From NCBI GenBank assembly GCA_013265495.1, contig MU058584.1, positions 1,214,616-1,278,615 of the forward strand: a DNA stretch of 64,000 nt, in the 5' to 3' direction. A model generated the notes under the pieces. The model was not told the DNA's origin. It did no database searches and worked only from the letters and a program-made list of their open reading frames with translations. The stretch comes from Vicugna vicugna. Taxonomy: Eukaryota. The translations under genes and the position numbers were made by a program. Of this stretch, positions 14,039 to 26,813 are shown piece by piece; the first letter of the stretch is position 1, and each line of letters begins with the position of its first letter.

Positions 14039-15406
14039 GAATACTGTCCATCTCTTGTAATAGACTGTGAACTCCATGAAACCAGGAACATCCCCAGTTT
14101 TGCTCAAAGATGTACCCTCAGGAACTAAACAGTCCTGGAAACCCATGCATGCTTTACAAGTATGTTAAATGACCGAAAAACCATTACATTCTGAAGGAAA
14201 TATAAGGATGCATAAGACAGCTTTCAGTCTCGATATGTGCACCTGGGTGGAGACTCAAGACACAAATGCATGAAGCTGCCCAGCAGCATAAGTGGCTGTT
14301 CAGCTATTGTGAATCGGAGGCCTCAAATCCAGATGTGAAATAAATTTAACTTTCCTGTTTTATAACTCAGCCTAAACTGGATTTCAAGCTTCTATTCTGC
14401 TAGTCTAGCAGAAACTTTATGTGTTTCCTCTCCTTTCTTCAGTTTGTGTCTCAGATTTGATGAGAGCTTACGCAGGTCAAACCCCAGCGGTGGGCGTGCT
14501 GCCTGGACTTTTCATCTATCCACACCAGCCATCACTGTGATGCCCTCTGGTCCTCCTTCTGCAGCTCCTCCAGGACTGGTAGCTCTCTCGGCCCCTTCTT
14601 CCCTATGCATAAAGGCTTAGGAATCTTTGTGCTGCTTTTCAGCCATCTCTTACAGACTGTCTTTGGACATCTCTGCATAAACACCCTCTCTGAGGTCTTG
14701 TCACCTTTCCTAGGTTCTGTCTACAACACGGGGTCACTTCTCTGCTCTTGAGGGTACCACAGACCTCAAATCACTTCCTGGACTATTTCAGAGAAGAAAG
14801 GTACAGAGCCTTTCTCCATCTCAGACCCACAGAATTCTGTTCTCATCCCCTGCATTGCTCCTTCCCTTCACAAGCCTGGAAGAGTATTTTACTAATTTAG
14901 GAAGAGGGAGACTTCTCAGTTCATGTGTTTTCCAAACCCTTTGGCTCTCCTCTAATTCTTTCCTGCAAGTCTTTTGGAAAACAAAGCCAAGATCAAAGAC
15001 TCACAAGATGTGTGCCCTTCCCTGGAATGATGAACACAGTTAACTAGTATCTTGAATAGAAAGACAAGAAATGGGGAAAGAGATTACTATTTCAAAGACA
15101 TGATTTTACTACATTCTTCTCCTAGTAAACTTTTACATTCCTATGGGTGAAAAGGGGGGTATTTTCTTCCTGTTGTTTGTTTTTTTCCTTCCTCCCCAAA
15201 AGTTAGGGTCTGGGACTGTCCTAAATTGGGCTCTCCAGGGCAATAATATCATAATCAAAGCAATCCACATGAAAGCAAATAGCCTCGTCTGTATAATGGA
15301 GCTAACGATCCATAGTTCATGAGTCAGTAGCCAAACTGGCTGACATGTTTAACTCTGGAACTGAGAAACCAGTTCATGTCTGGGGCAAGAGCTGAGCACT
15401 CTGTGG

Positions 15407-15573
15407 GGCAAGAAGGAGGCCCCCTGCAAATAGGTAAGAGAGCTCTCAGCAGGAACTGAATCAGCCAGCATCTTGATCTGGGGCTTCCCAGACTCCAGAA
15501 CAGTGGGAAATAAATGTGTGCTGTCTAAGCCACCCAGGGTCTATTTGTTACAGCATCCTGACTGGCTAAGACA
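15407..15573 (+). mobile_element. MaLR LTR 3' fragment (MLT1A-like)
   Basis: CTCCAGAACAGTGGGAAATAAATGTGTGCTGTCTAAGCCACCCAG...CTAAGACA end typical of MLT1. Confidence 0.8.
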
Positions 15574-15929
15574 TGCCGCTATGGTTGACTTAGTCTGTAG
15601 GGGCTTCAGAAAGTGAAAAGATCTGTTGAAAAGAGAGATAAACAGAATTACTGGCAACCTGTCTTAAATTTTTTTTAATTCTACAGTTTTCATCATTAAT
15701 GAATTTTTTGCATCTGTTATTTGGATGTTTCTTCTTTGAGGATGACAGGAAAGTCAAAAGTCCTCTAGGGAACTAAGCATTTAAATTTCCCATAAACTTT
15801 CTACTATTGAAAGCAGAGTTAATCAAGTCAGACAAGAAGGAAAAATAATCATTGTGCAATTCAGTCTTTTGCTAAATACACAAAGGCAGACTTGATCAGA
15901 GACTTTGGTCTTCACCATTCCTCATTGTT

Positions 15930-16330
15930 TTTTTTTTTAACTTTTTTGAAATAGCTCTACTGAGGTATAATTTAAATGCTATGAAACTCGCTGACTTAGG
16001 TATACAATTCAATGATTTCTAGTAAATTTATAGAGATTTTCAACCATCACCACTCACCAGTATTAAAACTTCTTTTAAATCATCCCCATATTTTCCTGTA
16101 AGCTCATTTGCAGTCTGTTCTCTCATTACCATTCTCACTAGCCCCAGACCACCACTGCTTTCTGTCTTTTTGTTTTCTTTTCTGATCATTTTATATAAAT
16201 GGGACCATAGAATATATGGTCTTTGTACATGGCTCCTTTCACATGTCATATTTTTAAGGTTAATCCATGTTGTATCACATACTTTCCAATCCCAAATGGA
16301 AATGGTTTTGATGTTATACAACATTTAGGA
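15930..16330 (-). mobile_element. Old L1 3' UTR fragment
   Basis: T-rich start followed by GAGGTATAATT...TACAATTCAATGATTT..AGTAAATTTATAGAG..CAACCATCACCAC, characteristic of L1MB/ME 3' ends. Confidence 0.8.
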
Positions 16331-19299
16331 TTGGACACATTTCTATCTCCTCCTTTCTCATTATTCTGAAAAAATCTGGGATTGTCTATAGGCCCAATGC
16401 AGAATAACCATCTTATTTGCAGAACTGATAAACGGAAGTCTTTGTGATGTGGACTAAATGGTATTAAGGAAAGAGAAAATACCATGTGTTCAGGTCCTGT
16501 CGGCCAGGTTACTCTGACAGAACAACATTTGAAATATATTGGTATCATCTATTTTTACCATTTAATCCTAGACTGGCAGTAAAATCACTGGCAGTATTAA
16601 TCTGAGGGATATGCTCCAAGGGAAACCAGGCCCTTCTTTTTAGTTTTACTTCTCCGTTTATAATTTAGTCTGGATAACTTTCATTTTGGAGGGAACACAA
16701 ACATTTAAACAATGCTTTAATTGCTTGTCAAAGTAATTCAAGCATATTACGGTAATTTAGAAAATATTCAAGAGTATAAAAAGGCAGTCAAAAGTTGTCC
16801 ATAATCTTACTCTGGAGGCAACTATAATAAACAGTCAGAGTTAACCTGTACATATGGTATTATGTCCTGTGTTTTAAAAATTTGATAGTATATTGTAAGC
16901 ATTTGCTTTAATGGCACTTTGAGTAAAAAAGAAAGCACAAGATTTTATGTAAAAAATATGTCTGAAAACTAAAAATAGAAAACTTGTTCCATTAGTGAAC
17001 TTAGTTCAAGAAATAAATAATGTAGTTTTGAAAAATGGGGGGAGCTTGAACTAGTTCTTCAAAAAGATTGATAGAATCAGCAAAAAAGGTGATAGTCTCC
17101 TGTTAATGGGAAAACTAAAGTCATCACTGTGCTATGTAGGGAATTTGGAAACCAAGCAAAATGGGGATTGTCACATAGTGACAAACCGAAATTTTTGTTA
17201 GCTGATCCAACACACATATGTGGTCCAGAAGAGGGGTCAAAATACTTGCATTCTTTCCCCATCAAAACACCTTCTAATTCAATACAGACTGACTCATATA
17301 ATAATGGCTAACATTTATAAAATGATTACTTGTCACCTACTATTCTAAGGAATTTACATGAATAATTCATTTACCTCTTTAAATAACTCTTTGAATTCAG
17401 GTCTATTAACTCCCTCATTTAACAGGGTGACAGATTCAAAATTAGGCATCAGATTCCAGAGAATCTGACAATAACCACCATACCATACTGCCAGATCAGG
17501 ACATGCAAGTTGCTCTGTCCCTCCAGTCTTCCTCCCATTTTTTTTCTCTTCCTTTTCTGCCCATCCCCGCTCTAGTCCCAGGTACTGGAATCCACTTTGG
17601 AGGTGTACCATCACTGCATCAAGGATCAGGGCTTTAAGCAAATATCCTGGCTCCATCCTTGATGGATGACATCAGATTGACACTGTGAATCTTCAGGGGA
17701 GGCATTTCGACCCTTAAATTCTTCAGAGCATAGTATTTAGAAGACAAAAAAAAGAAAAAAAGAAAAAAAGAAAGCTTTCTCTTGATATACTGACTCTCAC
17801 TTGTTATACTAGCCAAGTCTCAACCTTTTTAAATTTTTAATCCCATCTTCCTTTTCACAGAAATGGGCAGCACAGAGACAAAAGAATAAGGGAGAAAGAG
17901 AATTCCATCCTATTACAAGTGAAATCTGAACAAGAAGCAAAACGAAATATATTCCCAAGAGTTTCATAAAAACACAATTCAATCATAACTGACTTCATGA
18001 TGAACAAATTATTCTGAAGACATTTTAACAACAGAGCTAATGTTGTGCTTTATCTCATTTTATTTTTTGAGCTGGGAGTTGTTGATTGCCAAGCCATCAA
18101 GGAACAGTGGTTTTTCTTGGAAACTGTTGCTCTGGTTTTTTTTTTTTGAAAGAAAAATACTGCTACTACTGTTTACTATGGATAGGCATATAGATAGAAG
18201 TTTTTATTTCTTTCATTTCATTTCTGATTGATTTTGACAAATATTTATTGAGCACTAAAAATATACAAGGCCCAGTGCAAGGAACGAAGGGGATACAGGC
18301 CATAGACATATGCAATATATATTACATGTGGAGTGGCAGGGCGTGTACATACATCTACGTATGTAACAGTTAGTTAAATTCCAAATTACTCTACTGCCTG
18401 CTATTATGCAGGTTAGGTAGATCATTACCCACCTTGTGGCTGCTGGCAGGAAAAAAAAAATCCACAGTGCCCTTTAAAAGAACACTCAGATTTCTGTGAT
18501 AGAAGCACAGAATTGAGAGACGGCCCGTTGTGTGTTTCCCTTGCCCCTACTCTGAAATTCAAACACTGTGTTTGTAAGAATTATTAAGTCAATAGTATAT
18601 TCTCTGTTTTCTCGGGGTAGGCACTGGAAGGAGGCAAAAAGGAGCTGGATGGTATAAAGTCTTCACACCATACAACCTAGGTGGACAGTACACACATCAG
18701 CCTTGGAGAAATAAGTCACCCTCTTCTAGCAGAGGAGTGAATTCTTCTTGAGCAAACCCCAGTGTTTAAAATGCCAGTCTTCCTTCCTTATTATAGCTCT
18801 TAAATATTGGGAAGAAAAGGCTGAAGAGAAGCCAGTTGGAGAATAGCAACCAATGTTTCTCCCTTTTTTTTCTTTTTGCGTGTCTTTCCCAAATTTGGAG
18901 GTCTTCTGAAATAGTAATGCCATCACAGGGTTATTACTGTAATTAACAAAGAAGGAGCACATGTGAAAATGCCTTGAGGAGCTAGAAGCACATGGTAGGT
19001 ACAAGGTAGAAGGTACAATTCTTTGCTGATGAGGAATCTAACATCAACACTGGGGTGTTTCCTCGTGGAGGGAAGCCCTCTACAGGTCACTGAGAAGAGA
19101 AATTCTGAAAAATGATGATTTGGACTCTGTTTCCCAGAGTCCAGTGTTACGGCTTCTGAGTAAACATCATTGCTCTCTGATTTTGATCTAATAAGTATCA
19201 TTCTTTCCTAACTGAAAGAGTGGGAAGAACATCTTCTTCCACCAATGGTGTTTCCAGTGTTGTAAATGACAGTTTTACTCTGTCATTGTTTTGGGAATA

Positions 19300-19601
19300 C
19301 AGGCTTATCTCACTTTAATGAGTTTCATTTCCTGGCACTTCAGATACTGTGTTTTTAATAAATTGAAGGTTTGTGGCAACCCTGCATTGTCAAATGATGG
19401 TTAGCATTTTTCAGCAATAAAGTATTTTTTATAAAGGTATGTATTTTTTTAGATAGAATGCTATTGCACCCTTAATAGACTACTGTATACTGCAAACATA
19501 ACTTTTGTATGCACTGGGAAACTACAAAAAAAAAAAACTGTGACACTTACTTTATTGCAGTGGTCTGGAGCTGAACCTGCAAAATCTTGAAATTACACCT
19601 G
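19300..19601 (+). mobile_element. Internally deleted Tigger1-derived DNA transposon (Tigger1a_Art-like MITE)
   Basis: TA|CAGG...CCTG|TA termini; Tigger1 5' text AAATTGAAGGTTTGTGGCAACCCTGC joined to 3' text ACTTTATTGCAGTGGTCTGGA. Confidence 0.85.
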
Positions 19602-22183
19602 TATTTTGGAGAGGTGGCAGAAATTAACCTTTCTAAAATGACCCATACGTGTTTACTTTTAAAAGAGTACATGTTACTCCAGAATATCAAGTCCCACGTT
19701 CAATTTTATAGCATCCAATGCCGGTTTCATCCACCATTTCTAGTTATCATGTTTGACTTTCATGTTTCCCAAGGTAAGCTGTAAAATCGGCCCTCTTCTA
19801 GAGAGGCAGAAGGTCAAGTAGAAAGGAAGGGATTGCTCTGCTATCTCACTCCCAAAGCATGACTGACGGTCGTGAGTCCTAGGGGATTAATTCTTGGAGA
19901 ATAGATGGGAAGCAGGCCAATGGTCTTGAAATCAGCCTTACCCACGTGACAGGCTGTTCTCCTAACGTGGAGGCCACCCAGAAAAATAAGAACGACGTTG
20001 TAAAGCAGCCTGACCTCAGTGTTCCCAGACGTTGAGCCCAAGAAGTTTCCATCCTGAATACGACTATTCCTAATTCTAGGCTCTGTGATTAAGCTCCTCT
20101 CAGTTTCTCCACCTAACTTCAAATTCAGTGTCTCTCAATGCTCCAGCGCTAACCAGGTTTTCAAATCCTAACCCAAATAATTTGATAAAAACTGTGGTGT
20201 GGTGTGCCTGACCATTCTGTTCTCCCTTCGTGTCGCAGTCTTATTTTTGTGTCAGCTATTTTCAGACTGAAGGTGCTCTAGCGGTTAACTAAGGACAGCT
20301 GTGTTGGGCCTCCACAGGATTCTCGGGTCTCATGGGACATTCCGCTTGGAGAAGGGGAAGGTCACCTTTATCTAATTGGAAATAAATTTGAGAGTCTCAC
20401 AAACACAGACTCAGAACATTATTAAAGACCAAGGAAGAAGCACTGCCAAAAATGTTACCCAAGAAGATCACTCAAAGGCTAGCCTTCTGGGACTGATAAC
20501 ATCATGTCCGTGCGTTTAAAGTCTGTAGGAGTCCTACTGTGTCACAGCTGTGCACTTACCAAGTTTGCTGACCCCGAATACAAAGTGTGAGAATTAACCT
20601 AAGGCACAGCCCACGTTGTGCTGTGCACAGGAGGAAGCTTGCGCGCCAACGGCAGACCTGCTGGGGAGAGACAAGGGGAAGGGTGGTTTTTCTTCAGCTG
20701 CAAATTTATTTCAGAATCTCCACAATGGGGACAGGAATGAGGTCGAAGAGAAAGGATATGAGTAAAGGTAGCTACTGGATGATAATTCATTTTTGAAAGA
20801 AAAATGCCCAAATGGTTAGCACTGTCTGTAAACAATTTCAGCAACAGTGTTTATTTCAGACCATGCAGGGCACTTTGGGTCTCTCTTCCTCGAGGTGCTA
20901 TTCTCTGAGAACAAATTTATCATCAGTCTTTGTGGCCCATTTTACACTGAGACGGAATTCTAGGGGGAAAAACAGAAACCAGAAGAATCATCTAGGATGA
21001 ATCTTTACAAGGGATAATCTCTCCTATTATTGCTCAAGTCTCCCCTTGCCTCTGGCTTGTATAGGCCACATGAGCTGTTATTCCATCAAGCCCAGAGCAT
21101 CCACGAGACTCCCTGGTTCATTAGCTGAGCTGTAACTTTCACATCATTTGGTCAGGCCATAGATAAATAAGTAGAAATGTCTGCTTTCACTTAATAATTA
21201 CCCGGAGACACTCAAGATCTTCCCAGGATATCCATTCTAATCCAATGATTTTTACGTTAGGAAGGAACCTAGTTTTCTTTGGTTTTGAGGGAACCAATTT
21301 AAAACAAATATTTGGCCACAGAATTCCAAATATTGGCTTCTCGGTTCTTCCTGGTTTTTTTTCAGTTCAGATGGGTATGCTGTTCTTTATTTTAAAATAT
21401 TTAACTTTTCTATAAAGAGAAAAAAATAAATATTTTGAAAGGAAGTTTTCTATTTACTGATAGCATCTTCACCTATTACAGTCAAATAAGAAACTCTGGA
21501 GGATAGAGGGGAATAAGTAGCAAGTAAAATAATAACTCTCTTGGTAATTCGTGTCTGGTGAACTCCTACCGTGTTCCAGGTACATGTTGCTACCTACTCA
21601 GAACCTCCAAGCATAACAAGTGCATGTGTTACAGATAAGGAAACCATGATTCAGAGACGAGAAATAACTTAAGGTCAGAGGGGGAATGCGGATTTGAACT
21701 TGGAACGCTTTCACACCAACACTTGTGGTTTTCCCACTTTAGCACATTTCCTCTCCACTTAATACATTTGTTAAGATGTGTGTTTCCTTTTGTGGACAAA
21801 GACAACGCTAATGGGCCACTCTTCCTTGGAGGTGACTGGCTTGGGATGATCCATCATACTTCCCCCTCGTTAGTTTGGTGTGCAGTGTCACTCTGGATCA
21901 AAGGCCTTTAAGCATCAAATCCAACTCCTTGGCCTACTCAGACTTCTGGCCTCCATCTCTCCTGTCTCTGGCCAGGCTCCCATGGTATGGCCCAACCTCA
22001 CCTTTCCAATTATTTCCCTTCACTCCCCAGGCCAGTCAAACTAAGTGAGTAGCTGCTCTCTCTCACTCGGTGTTTTCCCTCCAAGACTTTACTCAAGCCA
22101 TGGAGTCTGCCAGGAAGCCCCCCTACTCCCTTACCACATGCACATGCCTTAGTCCTGCCATCGGTTTCAGCCCAACTCAGATG

Positions 22184-22699
22184 TGTCCACTGAAGAAAAA
22201 CACACAACCTAAACGTTGAGAATTATGTTTCAATCAGCCGAGATCCTGAGGACTTCAAGCCTGGGAGGCAGCCTCTCAGATAGTTCTAAGGGACTGCTCC
22301 AAAGAGGTAAGGGAGAAGCCAGGATATACAGGAGTTTTTGCAACAAAGCCAGGTTGTCGGAACATCAAAAGTTTACTGTTACTTAAAGAAAACCAGGTAT
22401 CTCAAGTTAAGGAATTAAGTGTATGGGAAGATGCAAGAGTCTGAGCTCATTGAAATCATTCCTTTGATATACACCTTAGCTTTCTAGGGCCAGTATCCCA
22501 TGCTTCCTACCCTGAGTGCCCTCAGGGCGTGCCACTGGGGGTGGCTGCAGTGGCTGAGAACTGGACAGCGGACAGCTGCCTGCCTGTCTCTGCCCTGAGT
22601 TCCCTCCGGTTCACGGTCGGGGCGGTGGGTAGTGGCTGATGGCTGATGGCTGCAGCATCATTTGTTTACTGATATGGCAGGCAATATTTTTTAGCCACA
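22184..22699 (-). mobile_element. ERV1 solo LTR (artiodactyl MER41-like, family tentative)
   Basis: TG...CA termini, perfect 4-bp TSD GATG (22180-22183 / 22700-22703), 516 bp. Confidence 0.85.
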
Positions 22700-22896
22700 G
22701 ATGTTTTCCTTGCTTCTCAAGCCTGGAAGTGATTTTGCCCTCTTGTTAGCTTTTATAGCCTTCTGTTGTACGTTTCTTATAAACTTTAACTTTTCATTCT
22801 GTAATACAGTATTTATACTTAAGTCTCTTTCAATTCAAAGGCAGGATCTATACCTGATTCACAGTTTCATCTTCCCCAGAGCCTAGCTTTTGATAG

Positions 22897-23091
22897 TAAG
22901 AATGCCAGATTTAGGGAAAAAATATTTTAAAGGATACCTAGTAAAATCTGATACTCAATTAAAGACTAATTTTAAGTATATTATTTGAATATTCTGCATA
23001 TTTAAATGTCACTTGGAGCATACTTATAACAAGTCATTGCTCCTTATCTGAAGTTCCAACTTGGTGCCCTGCATTTTATCTGGCAACCTTA
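22897..23091. mobile_element. MER53-like hAT MITE
   Basis: Inverted termini TGCCAGATTTAG / TTTTATCTGGCAACC, ~195 bp. Confidence 0.75.
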
Positions 23092-24861
23092 TGAATAGAT
23101 ACTCACAAAATAGTTTTTAAATGAATGAATTTCAGCAAGTGCTACAAATCTGACTATGGTATCATTAGCACTGATTGAACTAACCTCAAATAGTCATAAA
23201 TTACAGATATCTTTGGAAAGGATCGTGGTGGCAATTTATTCCAACTTTCTAGTTTAAGGGTTATTTTAAAACATAGGCTCTCTCTGAAACTTGCTCCAAG
23301 TCACGCAATTAGCTGATGTTCTGGCATCACACATCTTTGAAACTGGAAATTTTAAAAACATAGAGCAGATCATCAAAGCTGCAGAGGGCTCTAAGGATGC
23401 AGAGAACTTGGACTGTACTTCTGTATAAGCTCACCTTCTCATCCCGGGGTGAGAATTTACGGCTGGTTCAGCCCTTGTTTAATGCTCTATGTGTCTCTGT
23501 ACGCGTCTGCACACACTGTTTCGAATGGAAAAGTCTTAAGAGTCAATGACTGTCCTCTCTGGTCACTGATTGGTCCTGCTAAATAAAGTATAATTGTAAA
23601 AAGAACCCCTGAAATATACCAACAGAACCAGAACAGACCTCAGTAAACTGATCTGGGCCACAGTTTTGGTCCGCCTCACTTCTGGCAGCGCTTTTCTTCC
23701 TGGTAACCCTGCTACTGCCCTTGGGACTCTCCGGGAATCCTGTCTTCCAGGCTTCCCTTCCTGCAGGGCCTTGTCTCTGTGGCACTCCTTCCTCCCATCA
23801 GAACTTCCCCGCCCTGCTGGCATCTAACTGCCAGGTGGGAAAACAACCTGATAAACTGACCCGAGCAAGGTGTGAAAGGCTGACGTGGTTTTCATGGGCT
23901 TCATGTGCACCTCCTCCAAGAACCAGCTTAAACGTCATGCTTTCTGTGAAACCTCTGTTGATTTCCCCAGGAAGTTAACGGCTTCCTCCTGGGAGCCACC
24001 CCACACTTCTACCCACTCTCTGCTATGTCTGGTAGCTCTCTGGTTGAGGTGTAATTATGCATTTATAAGTGCACATACACACAATGGCTTCTTCACCGAC
24101 AGGGGCAATTCCTTCTTTATATTCATACTGCCAACACTTAATATGGCTTCTGTCTAATCAATATATATTAAATTATTAATATACTATTAAATATATATTA
24201 AATAATTATTAATATATTAAGTGTTTTTTAAAAAATACATTGAAACAGGGATTCTTAGATAATAATTAAATGGCGACCCTTAGATTAGAGGAGCAAACAC
24301 TGAAAACAGCCCAAAAGGAAGACTTTTTAAAAAAGTTCTGTGGTCTAACATGTAGTCTTCAGCTATGTCTAGCATGTCAGCCCTGAAGATCCCTTCAGAG
24401 AACAGGACTATTGCTGATTCAAGAGTGTTTACAATGCAAACGCTATAAAACTTAACCTGCTCTGTTTCTTCTAATTATTACCTCCAACTAGGCTGTCTTA
24501 AATCTCTCTTCCATTTCTTGAATAGTGTCTTGGACAGAGTCCATAACTTTCTAGTCACTTTTAATTACTAAACACAGGCTTACCAGTTCAAGACAGGAGG
24601 GGGCCAATGAAGCGTGGCATGCCCTTCCACTGCTCCCCTTCCTTCTCGGGTCTGTTTCCTCTGAAGCTGGGGGCAGGGGTGGGACAGGAGAATCAGAGGT
24701 TACCTTGCAAAACCATCCATTTAGCAGACCAAGGCGTAAGGCATTTCTGGAATCTCCTTGACTTGGAATGGCTCTGTCCTTTGATGGTGGCTTCAACGGA
24801 TGTAGTGGTCTCTGTGAGGATGCAGTGCTTAGTTTCTTGAAGTGGTGCTTAGTTGTCCCAA

Positions 24862-25641
24862 TGTAACCAAGCAGGACCCCCCCCCCGGGGCCTTCCCTAA
24901 TAGACCACTTCCCCAACCCATGTCCTCCACCTGCTTCTTATCTGTAGAAAAACTTTAGCCTCCTAGGGCTTCCTCAAGTTCCAAAGAGTACATTTAATCA
25001 GAGAAGTGAGAAAACACAGAAAGAAAGGAAGACAGTTAAGTGAGACAAAATAGGAATAGTTTAGTCATTAAACAAAATCAAAGACCTTTAAGTTCCTCCT
25101 CAAAGGCTATAGACAAAATTCTGAGCCATATCCTATGAGCTGTTTTGCTGACACTGAAAGAAAGGAAGACAGTCAAGTGAGACAAAATAGGAATAGTTTA
25201 GTCATTAAACAAAGTCAAAGACCTTTAAGTCCTCCTCAAAGGCTATAGACAAAAGTCTGAGCCATATCCTTTGAGCTGTTTCGCTGACACTGAAACTGCC
25301 ACCAGGTGGCAGAAGTTAACCATATGCTGACCACAAGCATGTAGACCCCAGACTGGTAGGAACCAGAAGGTTGATGATGTTCACTCCTGATTACCTCACC
25401 ACCAGCCAATCAGAAAAATGTCCATGAGCAGATGGATACCCTGCAACCCCCCTCCCTTATCCTGTCTTTAAGAACCTTTCCCTGAAAGCCTTCTGGGGGT
25501 CCAGGTCTTTTAAGCACCAGCTACCTAGACTCCTTGCTTGGTGCCCTGCAATAAACGCTGCATTTCCCCTCACCGCAACCTGGTGTCAGGGATCGGTTTT
25601 ACAGCACGTGGGCACAGGCACCTATGTTTGGTTTAGTAACA
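24862..25641 (+). mobile_element. ERV1 solo LTR with an internal 137-bp tandem duplication
   Basis: TGTAAC...GTAACA termini, CCAAT box (~25407), AATAAA (~25550); related in sequence to the LTR at 27300-27925. Confidence 0.85.
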
Positions 25642-26813
25642 CTGAGGCTATTCTCCCTCCACCCCTGCTGCAATATATTTTTTTCTGGGTGGTGGGGGGC
25701 CCCCTTTGGCCCTGTGGCTGTCTGAGCTGCTTTAGGAATCTTGCCCCCCACCTAACCACCACATTCTTTCCCATGAAGCCTCACAACTCATGGGTTCTCT
25801 TCCCAAAGATTCTTTACTTTGGGGCCTGTAAGCCCCACAGGAACAGGCTACACTATTTCAGAATATCTAAATAAGAAATAGGCACTTTCCTCCATGTTCA
25901 CAAACATGCTCTTCTTCTGAATTCCTTGTCAAGCTTTCCAAGGAATTCTCTCTCCACACTTCACTATGTTCCAACAGAAACTCTAAAGTGGGCCTGTCGA
26001 TTCTACAGATCAGCAAGGAACAAGAGGACAAGCTCTCCCTTTTGTTGGCATCTCTGTCTCTACCCATGATTCTCTTTATGCCCTGCCCCTACTTTATCCT
26101 GTCAGCCAGCTTTTCTTAAGTCAGGTCACTAGCTCTCCACGGATCAGCTGTGAGTGATGCTACAGAATTGTGGTACAAGGATGCCCCCAACACTGGTACA
26201 TAACTACCCTCAGAACTAAGTTGACTTACGGATATCAGGGATACCCAGGGATCATTGAAAGCTGACTATATATTGTAAAAGGTACTTTCTCACTGTTAGC
26301 AAACTACCATGTTATCAGCACTTCAGAGTTTGGGGACATTTTTAATGGTGTTTCTAAACTGATACATGCTCACTCAGTTCTGTTTCTTTCAATTTTATCT
26401 TTGTGTTTTCACCAAGTGCATGGTTTTAGAATCCACAGCCAGGGAATGTCAGTCCTCAGTAAGTTAGGATAGTCCTCTGTGCTCTGTTGAATAAGACCTA
26501 CTTTTCTCTATGATGAGACCCAAAGTGTCACCAATTCAGTTACCTTTGTTTGTTCCTTTTGAATATATTCAGAGAGGGCTTTGAAAGAGTTCTGTTTCTA
26601 AGAAAAATAAAATGAATCACATGTGCTGAGCACTCAAAGGGCATTAGCAAATATAAAAGTAATAAGTAATTAGTGCTCGATTTAAAAAGGAGGTACAAAC
26701 TGAGGGACTGCATCCTGCTCTGAGGGGAATCTGGTGCATTCGTCCCGGCTTGAACCCTCAGGCTATTTATAGATCCTGTTCAGAAAGGCTGTTAGTTCAT
26801 GATGTTGTGACTC

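Noticed and set aside
24158..24222. Almost pure AT stretch with self-complementary segments
   Set aside because: Low-complexity AT repeat with no defined unit or flanking hallmarks
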